From positions 380,556,001 through 380,620,000 of the forward strand of contig OZ024740.1 in NCBI GenBank assembly GCA_964016885.1: 64,000 bases of DNA, given 5' to 3'. The notes under the pieces are model-generated. The model worked only from the letters and a program-made list of their open reading frames with translations. It had not been told where the DNA came from and searched no databases. Source of the DNA: Eledone cirrhosa (taxonomy: Eukaryota). Below are positions 29,280-41,840 of the stretch, piece by piece; the stretch's first letter is position 1, and each line of letters opens with the position of its first letter. Position numbers and translations under genes: made by a program.

Positions 29280-30335
29280 CAGGCATGTGAAACACGCGAC
29301 CCGCACGAAGGTTTTTACAGTACGAGCATGTTTTGTCTTCGTAATCTATATAATACTAAACGTCTGTGATTGCTTGCTTACTTGCTTGTCTGTAATCTAA
29401 TACAGCCAAAAGGGCGCATCGTGGGAAAATACTTTGAAAGGAATTTGACCCTGAAATGGGAATACAAATGGAATAAAACAAGCTTCGCGTAAATCGGACC
29501 ACGGATTCCCGAGATATGGGGATTTTCCGGGTGCCTTTATAAACAAAGAGAGAGGAAGATATACTGGTTGTGACAGAGTAGATTGAAAGAGAGAGGGAGA
29601 GGAGACAGAGAAGGAGAATGGAAGACAGCTGATGGTGTTGTGTAAATATATATATATGTGTGTGATCTATATGACCAGTGCATATAGATCACAGACACCC
29701 ACATATATATATATATATACACACACATATATATATATATATATAAACATAAATTATCGAGATTCGCATTTCGGCCCACGAAATAACGAAAAACAACCTC
29801 CGAGATGTGTGGCAAGTGCTCAATGATTCAGATGAACCAGAGCTGTAACAAACGTTAAAGGGCCAAACACACCGAGACGATGGTTAAACAATCATTCGCA
29901 TAGCCAAAAAAAAACGATCAAGTAATTCGGGTATTGAAAATTTACCCGGACCCCTGGAAGGTTGGTAAAATCCAGTATTTGGGTTTCTGCGGCTCCTAAA
30001 TCAAGTACTGTCCGCTTACATAAATAATGTCAGGCTTCTGGTAAGATGATTGAACAAGGAAGCCACTTTCTCAACATGTGTATATATATATATACACATA
30101 CACATTTATATATGTGGGCCTTCCAGTTTCATTTCACATTATATATATGTCTGTGTATATTCTAATTATCTAAAAATTATTTTTACGTGAACATGATTTT
30201 TTTTTTATATTTTGAAGTGAACATGACCCAACGGGTCATGGGTGGTCTGAAATAAAATAAAATAAAAATTACTTGTAATGTGCGCAATTAGTTGTCGTGT
30301 GTGGCCCTCGAGGGACCCTCAGTTTGACATGCCTG
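29280..30335. mobile_element. Non-autonomous hAT transposon with a nested Helitron-like insert (~29344-29530)
   Basis: TIRs CAGGCATGTGAAAC / GTTTGACATGCCTG; 8-bp TSD ATGTAGAG/ATGTAGAA; the insert begins ATCTATATAATACTAAA followed by (TGCT)n. Confidence 0.8.
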
Positions 30336-31119
30336 ATGTAGAAGTTCTCTTCCCTTGTAGAAGCATAGATTTCTTTCAAACCATTTCTATGTGAGACTGA
30401 CCACACTGCTCATAACTTCATCTCAGTTCCTATCCACGGGTAGTTCACGACAGACCCCAAGAAACTTAATTACTAGCTGTTTACACGAACTTTCCGATCC
30501 AGGTGCAGAGTTGTATGCCCACAGAGGTGTTTGGGCGGGCCACTTTTGAACATTGGAACAACTATTAGGGCCAGTCACTGTCAAAAATATGTAATCTAAT
30601 GAAAACCACAACTTCTTTCCATAACATGGAACTGTCAAATTATAACACGCATAACCCTATCAGTGAAGCACTTTAGTATAGGTCAACTAACAGAAAATTG
30701 TATTACGGTTACGAAAACATTCTAAATAAGCCTACAAGGTAAAAATTAAAAACGGTTATCGCAGGCCACTCTGACTGATCTGGCGGGCCGGATTGCACCT
30801 GTTGCGCGCCTCTGCTTTAGAATGATACTGACCACCTCGAGTTCAGTAATGCCCGACACCATCACGAGTACGTTTTCCGTATATGCCCACATTGCTCTGC
30901 CGCGTCCCAATTTAAATGGAATGCCTCTAAAGATCAGTAATTCAAGTGGGATGAAACGGACTAAGCATATGTTTTGAAACTATTCTGTTATTGGCTATTT
31001 TATCTGATGAGCGAGCAGATGCCTTTGTACATTGAAGGGATTCGGCCTTTGAAAACCTATCGAAAGAGTTTGATTAATCCAAAGTAATCAGAATCCCACC
31101 GGGACGCCTGCCCTACATG

Positions 31120-31385
31120 TCAGATTTGTTCCTTTACTATTGACAAAAGAATCTCTAGTTCTATGAACTAAGCAGTTGTGTTTCTGATGAAGGACGCGAT
31201 CGACGGGGATCTTATCAATAATTTTTGGTCTATAACTCTGGGGGATGCCGAGTTTAAAATTTTGGCCATGATACTAGAACAGTTGGCGCTTATCATCAGG
31301 GAAGCACAGACTCGTGCGATCCCGATCAAATCCATCCACGACAACACCTCATGTAATACATCATAAAGAGTTTATGTAACAAACC
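31120..31385 (+). mobile_element. Tx1/L1-like RT fragment
   Basis: NFWSITLGDAEFKILAMIL...QTRAIPIKSIHDN resembles the RPITLLN.DYKILAK...QT..IPGRSI.DN motif. Confidence 0.7.
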
Positions 31386-33785
31386 TGGTCCATTCTCATT
31401 GCGAGCATGTCCTTCTGTGATCTCTCTCCTATGCCCCACTTCCAAACGACTGAATAGTTCTAATATATTTGCTATGTCCCTCTGTAATCTGTTTCTCTAT
31501 ATCATCATCCTTTGCTAAATGCTATCGGTTCTGATCTTATCCTTTTTTTAGAACCTTCCGTCACCGACTTTTGGCAATTGTCTCCAACAGCTGTTGCCTA
31601 ACTTATTCGTCAACCCAGTCGCTGTAGGCTTTGCATGCCAAAAGTGACGCATTCAGCGTCCAATAACCAGATTCCTGCTTAAGAATTCCTAAATATGTCG
31701 ATTGTTGAGATCACAAATTTGTGATTAGTGTTACCGGCCGGTTTAAAATGTGGCCACCCTATACTATTTCTATTCGTTACCTAATTCGTATTTTATCTAC
31801 ATACAATATGGATGGCCAGAATGCAGTTACTCAATGTTCACATTGGTGTATTAGGGAAATTCAGCCATTACCTGTTATACAGTTGGAACTGTCTGAATAG
31901 GTTTACAAGGCATTTACACAACAGCTCGTCTATCAGTTAACCTCACACATAAACCAATGTACATCTAAGAGACCATCCCAACCATGATTATTCGCTTTAT
32001 TTATTTGGGTGGTAAATCTGAGACTACTTTATCTTATGTCTATCTTTGTTATTATTTAGACCCGAGTAGGCTTTAATCAAGCAGACCTATAATGAAAGGA
32101 ATTGCCATTTTGCATATCTAGAACAATATTGTCCAAATGTATCCTCATTTTGAGTGAGATTTAGCTGCTATTTCTAGCAGGTTGAACGACTGCATTATTA
32201 TGAATTTACAAGTTCCCTCATTCTTCTTGTTTATACGGATCTTGTATAATGTTTTGCATTTTGATTGCGATCATTGTTAGCCCTTATCTTCAAAATTTTA
32301 TTCTAATATATATATATATATATATATTCAAAAAGGCAAAGACAATGGAAATAACAGCGGAATGATGGAAAGTCCCATATCGTCAGTCAACCTCGGGAAT
32401 CACTACGGTCTCGGTTCATTAAGGTTGATTCTGTTGATTCAAGTTCAGATTGGGACATAACAAATCAAGAAAATTATGTATGCACACACACACACATATA
32501 TATATATATATTGATTTCATAAAGTTGCCTAGCAACTCTAGGAACATATGAAAAATATTCATTTTGTATGCATCTCTAATCTGATCTATTTCTTTTTGTT
32601 ATTGATTTTGAAGTAATTCTGGTAAAAATATCAAAATCCAATTAAACAAATCTAAATCAGATCCAAGTTTTCCTCGAAGCAAAGCAAACGCAAACCACAA
32701 TCCTACAGTCAACCCTACTCTCCAAACCATGTCCCATCAGCCGTAAATTAACTTCTCTCAAAACCATACGCCAGTCCTCTCAGACAAACAGCTCCAATTT
32801 AAAAGTCGGCGTTGCCAAGGTGCTACACTTATATAAAGTTGATTATTTTTATAACAATATTCATGACATGAATAAACGAAGGTATTTTACCACATAAAAC
32901 TTCTTCATGAACCATTTCCCAAATTTATGTCACCCATTGTGTTGAATAGGACATTGGGATTACATAAAGTCGGAAAACGATTCATAGTTGTTGCAGACGG
33001 CAATAACTCCTTTCATACTGCCAACCAATGTTGATAATATTTATAACCATATGTTATTGACTCAGTATCCAATTAGTCACCTCAGACTTTATGAGTGTGA
33101 GCCATAGGTCTGCAAAATTATAATGGTTTATAATTTGAGTAAAAGGTTAGCAATTTAGGTATTAAATCGATCTCAGTATTTGACTAGCACTTTGTTATTG
33201 ATCCCCGAAAGAATAAATGGCAAAGTTGACATCTGCAGGAATTGAACTCAGAATGTAAAGAGTCCTAACTAAATAGCACACGGCATTTGTTCGACGCTCT
33301 AATGACTGTGCCAATCTACCGCCATATAAAGTCATAACGACAAGCTATCACCTCTATCTGAACTCGGAAAGCCTAAACTGTCATCTACCATTAAAACCTT
33401 TGGAGGACCTAAGCAATGAAAAGAGAGCGAGGCCCATTTTAATGGGCCTTGATTTAACAGCAACATTCTACCATGGTCCATTGTAAACTTGACATTCTAA
33501 TGGCCCCCACATTAATTGAGCCACTAAACATATTTAGCTACATATTTTGCTTAATAGTAAATCCACAGCTGACCACAAGTTTTATATAGTTATATGATCT
33601 TTACTGTATTTTCTGCTCTCTTGCAAATGTTTATCCTCTTCAGCAGACAGTGAATATATTTCTAATATCATATAGGTATAGAATATTAATTTCTACAATC
33701 AGTTAATTCGAATATCCTTCACTCTTATTAGCTCGGATTATCGGATTTAGGTGCTTGGGGGTCCTATTTGCTTATTTACACACAG

Positions 33786-33850
<65 letters not shown>

Positions 33851-34699
33851 TATATATATATATATATATACCCTCTCGTCATATGCGACGCATGAGGGCC
33901 AACAGATTTTACTTTCCTTTTACTCCGCAATTTAGTGTGTGTGTCTGCTGCGAGGCATTAAACCGGCTCTGATTTTGCACACCAGACCGCATTCTTCACA
34001 CACAAATCGTTGAACGGAAACTGAATTCGTTTCACCTTGACTTAGATCATCTAGGTGTTCAATCCTTGTGTTGACATGGCTCCTGATGCCATTTTAACAG
34101 GTTTTCCTTCATGTATTACGGTCAACAGCACACTTCTCAAATTCCGATGGTTGTATTCTAATCTTGTATCTAAGAAGAGATTTTCCTACGTTTCTCACTC
34201 CTGCTTCAAGTTGGCTATAAGTGAGAATTTTTGGTAGTCTTTCATCATCCATCCTTTCATCAACCCATCGTAACTGAGACTTTATTAAGAAAGCCTCTAA
34301 AGCTTTGTATATCGCATTTATGAAATAACTGCTCAATAGAGACTTTGTCTTCCATGTGATACAACAGATATTTCTTAAACATTTCTTGTAGAAAGTATCT
34401 AGCTATGTAATATGTTTTCTATGTGGTGCCCACAATTCAGATCTATGCAGCAATGTTTTGGGCATAGCTGCATGCAGTGGCGGACTGGGTCTAAAAGTAT
34501 TGGTTGCCAGGAGATGAAGAGGCCCACCTACATATAGAATGTTATCATTTAATTTTTATAATGAATAAATAACATTTTTGAAAAATACGTAAGTGGAAAA
34601 AAAACAGTACAATCAAATTTTTGCGGAAAAATATCTTACCTTCTCCAATAAAACATATTATGTATTTTGCGAAATCCAGAGACTTTCAATAATGACCAG

Positions 34700-35154
34700 A
34701 AGTCGACCCTAAATATTACTAATAGTTCTAGGAAAGTCATGAACGACACCACATCTTTATAACTTTGATTTTGAAAGTAGGTTTATAATTATTAATTTTC
34801 ATCATATTTTCGTAGCTGTCTCAGTGGCCTATTTAGAAGAATCATAGACGTTGGTGATCCTTGTCTGAAGTTCGATCCTGGTCGGGAGTAGGGTTCCCGT
34901 TAAACTTTTTCATTTTCTTTTTCTATGGGATTTAAAATGAAAACTGAAAAAGGTAACATGTACCGCTTGGCTAGGATTGAACCCAAGGCCAGGGTCTCCA
35001 CCGTCTCTAGTACCTACCGCTAGGCCACAGAGACCTCTACAAAAATATTATGAAAATTTATACTTATAAACCTACTTTCAAAATTTTCAAAACAAAGTGT
35101 TGTGGTGTCGTTCATGTCTTTCTTAATGTTATTGCTCCTACTTCAGGTCGACTT
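34700..35154. mobile_element. Fold-back element with two convergent tRNA-like Pol III cassettes
   Basis: Termini AAGTCGACC/GGTCGACTT; diverged ~210-bp inverted arms, each with an A box, a B box and T5; direct repeat GACTTTCAATAATGACC at 34681 and 35150. Confidence 0.7.
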
Positions 35155-35374
35155 TCAATAATGACCTTTGGTCTATCACACTCACTCAATATATACATAT
35201 ATATATATCGCCAAACACCGTGAAACAGACTGTTAGCTTCTCTCCCTTCTTTCGCCGAAAAGAAGTAAGTGGCATAGTCACTACTTTAAAACCGATAGCG
35301 CATGGTTTTCTAAATGTTTTTAATTAAACATACGGTATATTGCCAAATATACTATACATACATTCATATATACA

Positions 35375-35546
<172 letters not shown>

Positions 35547-36564
35547 AATGTAATCTGAATTTTTCGAATATTAATAATAAAATTCGATTCGTTTGCAATT
35601 ATGCAAACAGCCTCTTTTTCTAAGCCATGTCAGTAGAATGAGCCCCTCATTCTTGCTCCTCACCACCTCCACCACTAATTGATTTGACGGATGTCTTTAA
35701 CCCATATATTATTTGGTGAGTATTTCGTGTGTAAGTATATAAATATATATATATATATGCTTGTGTGTCTGTGTCTATACATGTATGTTTGCATGCATGA
35801 ATGAATACACTAAGCTTTAGATTTACTAGAATGTACAGCCACTAATTCCAGCTATTTGCACTATCCTATATTTTGGTTTCTAGTAATTCCCTGGGGAATT
35901 GGTTGACCAAATGCTTTGCTTAATTGTTTTATTTATTTTAAAAATTTTTTTATTCTTTCTCTTAGATTTCAGGTATTTTTTGAAAGCAAGGTATTGATCC
36001 CTAAGATACTACACTGGGCCCTGCAATGCTACTGTGTGTTCTTGCAATGCTACCGTAGCCCCCCTGAGGCCCACTTGCCATTGGGCAATCGGGCAACCTG
36101 GCCAGTCTGCCACTTTAAGGAAGTATATGATATGTTTATGTCCATTGGGTAACCTGGCAACCTGGCCAGTCCGCCACTGGCTGCATGCGAAACTGAGATT
36201 TTGGTTTTCAAACTCAACCCTCTTTCATTCCATACACTCACTCGCAGCTTTGACAATGCCATTTACTATCTCAACATCTAAAGATGTGCTAGAATTCATT
36301 TTACTTCTTAAGTATGGGAAGGACTTCATATATTTTAGAGGCTTGGGGGCTTAGTTAGTGTTATGTCTCTTCTTTGAATAGATGTTGCTATGGGCTTGTA
36401 TATGATTTCTGTCTTTTTCACACTTATTGTTAGGGCAAACTCTTTTGTATGATATTAAGATAAACTCATAAATATTTACCAACCTTTCAAAGGTTGCCTA
36501 AATGCCCTGATTTATGGTGTGTCATATCTACTTATAAACATATTATATCCAATATAGTATGGAT

Positions 36565-36596
<32 letters not shown>

Positions 36597-36959
36597 CATG
36601 AGTGTGTGTGTATGTGAGAGCGTGTGTGTGTGTGCATACACATTTATACACTCACATAAATACAAAGACACATATGACGGAGTTTCTACAAACAACTTGC
36701 CCTCGTAACAGCTTGATCAGCCATAGATGAATGTAGAAGACACCTGCTCAAGAGACGTGCCGCATCGTGTGATTGAACGTGAAACCGTGTTGTTGCGAAG
36801 AGAAAATTTTAACGTGTAATAGCTTGCTGGAGTAACATGTTTATTTTAAATATAGTTGTGCCAGATATACCTCCACTTTGGACGGTCTTCTGTCTAGACT
36901 GGAATCAATTTCGTAGTGTAATTAAGCGAGGTGGCTAGACGACAAATATAATGTTATTA

Positions 36960-37151
36960 TTGGTGGATTGACAGTATCGGTAGAGGGTCAGACGCCATGC
37001 TTTGAAGTATAGAGTTACGTCCCTTTATGATCTGAGTTCAAATCTCGCCGAGGTTAACTTTGCCTTTCATCCTTACGGGGTCGATAAAATAAAGTACCAG
37101 TAATGAACTGTGCAGTAATGAGCTGGCTTTGTGCCAAAAGTAGAAACAATT
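36960..37151 (+). mobile_element. SINE family A
   Basis: Full-length match to 5953-6142. Confidence 0.85.
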
Positions 37152-38022
37152 ATATATATCTATTCTGGTTTGATGATACGGCTGACAGTTCTGTGTAAGT
37201 ATTCCATTATGATAAACAATAAATTGATCAATGAACGCTCAGAAAAACTACTTTATATCTGACTGGCTTAATTCTGATGGGACTGGTTGTTACTTATTTG
37301 GCTCAGAGGTATTAATATTATTGTTTATGCTTATTCTCAGATTGCTTGTTAAGTATAATATAAAATGTAAAAAATAAACTGAGAATGGATTATCACTTTT
37401 CATTATTTCATAATTGGATAATCTAACCAAGTATATATATAGCGAAACCATAATGAGATGGTTCCCATGTTCTCAAATAGTCGCATACCAATACACTGGC
37501 TTTTTAACCTTAATTAGTCTAATTGTTTGGGCTAGCATTGTCGCCGTTACATTTACGGCCTTTGTTTAAGAGGAAAGACCATCTGTTTTATGTTTCTAGG
37601 GACCCAACCACACAAGAAAATTTGACCCCCAAAAGTAGTCTACCTCTTCGCTCAGCCACAGACAGACTCTCACTCGCGTCCAAGCTGCTCTGAACAATCA
37701 AACAAACTTCAATCAAAGTTAGTAGAATTCACTACTTTTAGATTCTACATTCACACACAATCCAACCAACATAAGACACCGCAAGTATCCATGTACTTTT
37801 TGCTGGTCTTCATCACTACATATGATTTGGGAGTAAATCAGGCAATCAGTATAAACATAAAAATTAGCAGTGTCTTGTTCATTTGTAAATTCATATAAAT
37901 GTAATTGTAGAAATCGTCTTCCCAGCAATAATATCAGATCACCACAACAAATATTGGTTTTGCCGACCATAGCAAATATGTATCTACGTGCATACATACA
38001 TGCATACACTCATACACGCGCG

Positions 38023-38120
<98 letters not shown>

Positions 38121-38212
38121 AGTAGAAGGGGCATTTAATTTGTTGGAAGTCCGACAAATATAAATGTTTATAATTGATTTAGAGCACTCAACAGATTAGT
38201 GGAGTAAAAATT

Positions 38213-38397
38213 CAATGATATTAAATAAATGGAAACTATATTTATAAAATCATATTTATTTTATATATATTTCAAGGATACTAAGACACATTGGTACGCT
38301 TTTCTCAGGAAAGCGTACCAATGTGTCTTGGTACCCTTGAAATATATATAATAAAATAAATATGGTTTTATAAATATAGTTTCCATTTATTTAATAT

Positions 38398-38402
<5 letters not shown>
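38213..38402. repeat. ~190-bp near-perfect palindrome (fold-back) adjoining (TA)n
   Basis: CAATGATATTAAATAAATGG...CTTTTCT-C-AGGAAAG...CCATTTATTTAATATCATTG; single-base centre, few mismatches. Confidence 0.9.
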
Positions 38403-38469
<67 letters not shown>

Positions 38470-38471
<2 letters not shown>

Positions 38472-39130
38472 GTGGGGCTAATAAAAGTAACAGATTGGTC
38501 AATGGTGTGAATAAGATACTAAAGCTGCAATATGGTGAGAAGTAACAAAAAGAATCATACCGCATCGGCGTTCGCGCGGGTTAACAAGGGACGCAGTGAG
38601 GCCTTAAGTAGAGGGGCCTGTTTGAAAAATATATTGCAGTCTCTATTTCCTGCTGTAAAATCTGACATGGGGCTACGACTTGCCCTGGGAGGCTTGGGAT
38701 GGACGCACAAAGATTTCGTATCCTGAGACACCAAGGAGAGTTCGAAAGGGAGCAAACCTTGATAACTGGAACATCACAACCCTTAGAGGTAAGGAGCAGG
38801 AATTTGTGGAAGGGGAACTATATATAGTCAGGGGTTCATCAACATAGTATCTCTGGTACTGTAGATTTGGATGGTGGATGAAAACTCACTATTCAAGTAT
38901 GGCGCCAGAAATGACTGCACAGGCGGGAGTGGGGGTATTCACAAACTGACTCTTATACCCTGATAGGAGTTATCAATGCACATGTTGGCACTGACCACTT
39001 GACATGGAAAGGTGTGGTTGGAAGGAACGGCGATCCCAATCTAAATAAGAATGGAGAGGCTTTATTAGACTTCTGTTTTAGCAATGGACTCTCTATTATG
39101 AATACCTTCTTCCTGCACAGAATGTTCATA
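38470..39130 (+). mobile_element. RTE (Expander/Rex3-like) LINE 5' region/endonuclease fragment
   Basis: WNITTLRGKEQEFVE...AQAGVGVFT...[23 protein letters not shown]; same family as 49200-49640. Confidence 0.8.
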
Positions 39131-39164
39131 ATTTGTTCAACGATTTTTGGAATGAGACATTCCC

Positions 39165-40230
39165 GATCATGAGATTGTGCTGTTCAATACATTTTGTAGA
39201 ACAAATTCATTGCGATTGGATATGTCATGCAATGAGAAACTATTCGTGATTTGTGCGTTCATATGGCCGCCGATGATGAGCATCGAATGGAGCGGAATGT
39301 CTTCAACTGCATTGATTAGTTTGGCATAAAAGTCAGTAACATCATCCGGTGAACAGTTGTGCAAAGAGTTGCAAGCGAGTACGAATGTCTTCAAATTTCC
39401 CATAAGTGTAGCAGAAACGATGCACTCCCCAATCTTCTTCACTGAAAGAAGCAGAGGTAGCCGCTTCGACTCGAGAGAAATACCCACATATCGAATGGAA
39501 GCCCTACAGTCAATTCAAACAGCAGATGCTGTGAAGAGAGTTGTAGATATAAGATTGTGTGCAACTATTTCTGTATCGGAATCAGTATGTACAAAACGTT
39601 GTTCTTGAATGCATGTTACAGAGATGTTGTAGTCATCCATGAGTTTATTGAGCTCAGCTTGCGATTATGGAGTGCTACAGCTGAGTGTGACCACTTTTTA
39701 AGACTGGCTAGATCTGGAGGGATCATATTTCGGTCGTTGTTGATCGAAGGATAGTCATTCTGAAGAAATGAGCCCTGGCTCATCATTGGCTGTAGGAACA
39801 GTATTGCTTGACCGCATGAATGACCGATTGGCAAGAGCTTGACCTTGATGCCATAGCTGAACTTCATCATGCTTTTTCTAATGGCCACATACATATGCAG
39901 CTGGCCATACCTGCGTATGTTATGGTTCTCCGCTAACTGGAGCAATGCACCTTCCCGTTGTCAAGTGAGACGATCATTCCCGAAGCTACTCTGTTTTCTT
40001 TGGCGAAATATCTATCTGTCGATGATCACCACAGGAACTACAGCCACCCATACAGATATAGAAGTTTTTTTTTGTTTTGTTTCCCCGAGCTTAGATTCCA
40101 CAAGATCCGTCGTGCTCGGCTCTAATCAGGGGCGGATCGCTGTAGGAGGCGACTCTTCATCACACACAACGGTTATTGGGTGTAGCGAGGCTAAGAACTC
40201 CTCAGACTTTGCCAGCTACACACCACATAT
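39165..40230 (-). mobile_element. Decayed RTE-like LINE 5' region with endonuclease
   Basis: DFYAKLINAVEDIPLHSMLIIGGHMNA (GGDFNA remnant); related 3' fragments at 42770-43070 (+) and 58260-58760 (-). Confidence 0.7.
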
Positions 40231-40507
40231 GGCTACCAATGTACACGTAGAACTGGCGGTAATTAACTCTATAAGAGGTTCGGTATCATTCGTCTCATGC
40301 GAAATTCATGTCACATCCAATTCATATTTCAACACATTACGAATGTAATTACAGAAAGACATTTATATAACAATCCATAAAAACTGAAAAAGTCATAAAG
40401 ACATGAGTATAGAATTGATTATAGAATTGTTTATACTCTATTTTGGCATTTGCCCATTTTATTTTTATTTATTTATTTATTTATTTTTATAGTTATTTTA
40501 TATACAA

Positions 40508-40900
40508 CTAGCTGAGGTACCCGGCTTCACCCGGGAGAACGGTTAAGAGAAGACGAATAAAAGAAAAAACGACTGTATTGGATGTGTTGTCTGGTATGAG
40601 GTGAGACCGTAATGTGTGTCTGTGTGAGTATGTGTGAGAGAGACAAAAAAAAAACAAACAATCATAAAATCTCCTTATTAGGCTGAGCGAGTAAACTGCC
40701 TATTAAATGTTAAATGGTAGCACTGGCCTTGGATTTTAAATGTGAAATAACCATAGTCAGTATGATCTTTTTCAGCTCCAAAGGACGTCATTTGAAACAC
40801 TACAATATACCGTATAACATTGCTTTTGAAGTGTTGATTCGTTAGTACGGACTGGATAAAAGCTGGAGGGTAGATTAATTTCAAGTAGTATCAATTTTTC
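40508..40900 (-). mobile_element. Helitron fragment: RepHel N-terminal remnant plus 3' hairpin and CTAG end
   Basis: FQMTSFGA...TFKIQGQCYH motif; hairpin CCCGGGTGAAGCCGGG ~8 nt before CTAG-T on the minus strand. Confidence 0.8.
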
Positions 40901-41025
40901 TTTGTTCTGAAAATCAAAGACTATAAAGCGACTTTATAAAAGCTAACGTAATATTGTTAAACCTTCAACTGATACTTTTGTGGGGCGTCACTCTCTCTCT
41001 CTGTGAATATCTAACACTTTAATTG

Positions 41026-41111
<86 letters not shown>

Positions 41112-41176
41112 GATTTGTGTGTATGTGTGTGTGTGTGTGTAGTTTTCGTGTGATTAAACCAACCAACCAATAAACG

Positions 41177-41840
41177 GCATACGTTAAGACGGGCGTTCGG
41201 GAAAGTGAAAGTAAATTTTTTGACAACAGTGAATTTGTTTGTTTTGTTTTTTTTACAGTGAAAGTTACGATACGCACGCAATTGTATGGATTTCTTAATA
41301 TATATATATGTGTGGGTGTGTATATGTGTGTATATATATGTGTGTCTGTATGTATATATATATGTGTGTTTGTATATATATAGGTGTTTGTGTCATCATC
41401 ATCGTTTAACGTCTATCTAAAGAAAAAATAATCACACACGCAATACTAATTAACACCATATCACTATAGAGACCTGTTGTAAACAAACAAACAAATTCAC
41501 AGTGTACACACATATATACACACATATACACACCCACACATATATATATAGTGATATGGTGTTAATTAGTATTGCGTGTGTGATTATTTTTTCTTTAGAT
41601 AGACGTTAAACGATGATGATGACACAAAAACATATATATATATACAAACACACATATATATATATATACATACAGACGCACATATATATACACACATATA
41701 CACACCCACACATATATATATATTAAGAAATCCATACAATTGCGTGTGTATCGAAACTTTCTTGTAAAAAAAACAAAACAAATTCACTGTTGTCAAAAAA
41801 TTTACTTTCACTTTCCCGAACGCCCGTCTTAACGTATGCC
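41177..41840. repeat. ~290-bp inverted duplication (41177-41468 / ~41548-41840)
   Basis: GGCATACGTTAAGACGGGCGTTCGGG... and its reverse complement ...CCCGAACGCCCGTCTTAACGTATGCC; the spacer contains short reverse-complement copies of arm sequence. Confidence 0.9.

Noticed and set aside
31000-31070. CTGATGA followed later by GAAA
   Set aside because: No convincing stems I, II or III in register.
40080-40230. HDV-like ribozyme expected at RTE 5' ends (also considered at ~38470 and ~56100-56230)
   Set aside because: Could not build the nested double pseudoknot (no P1/P1.1 in register); needs a descriptor search.
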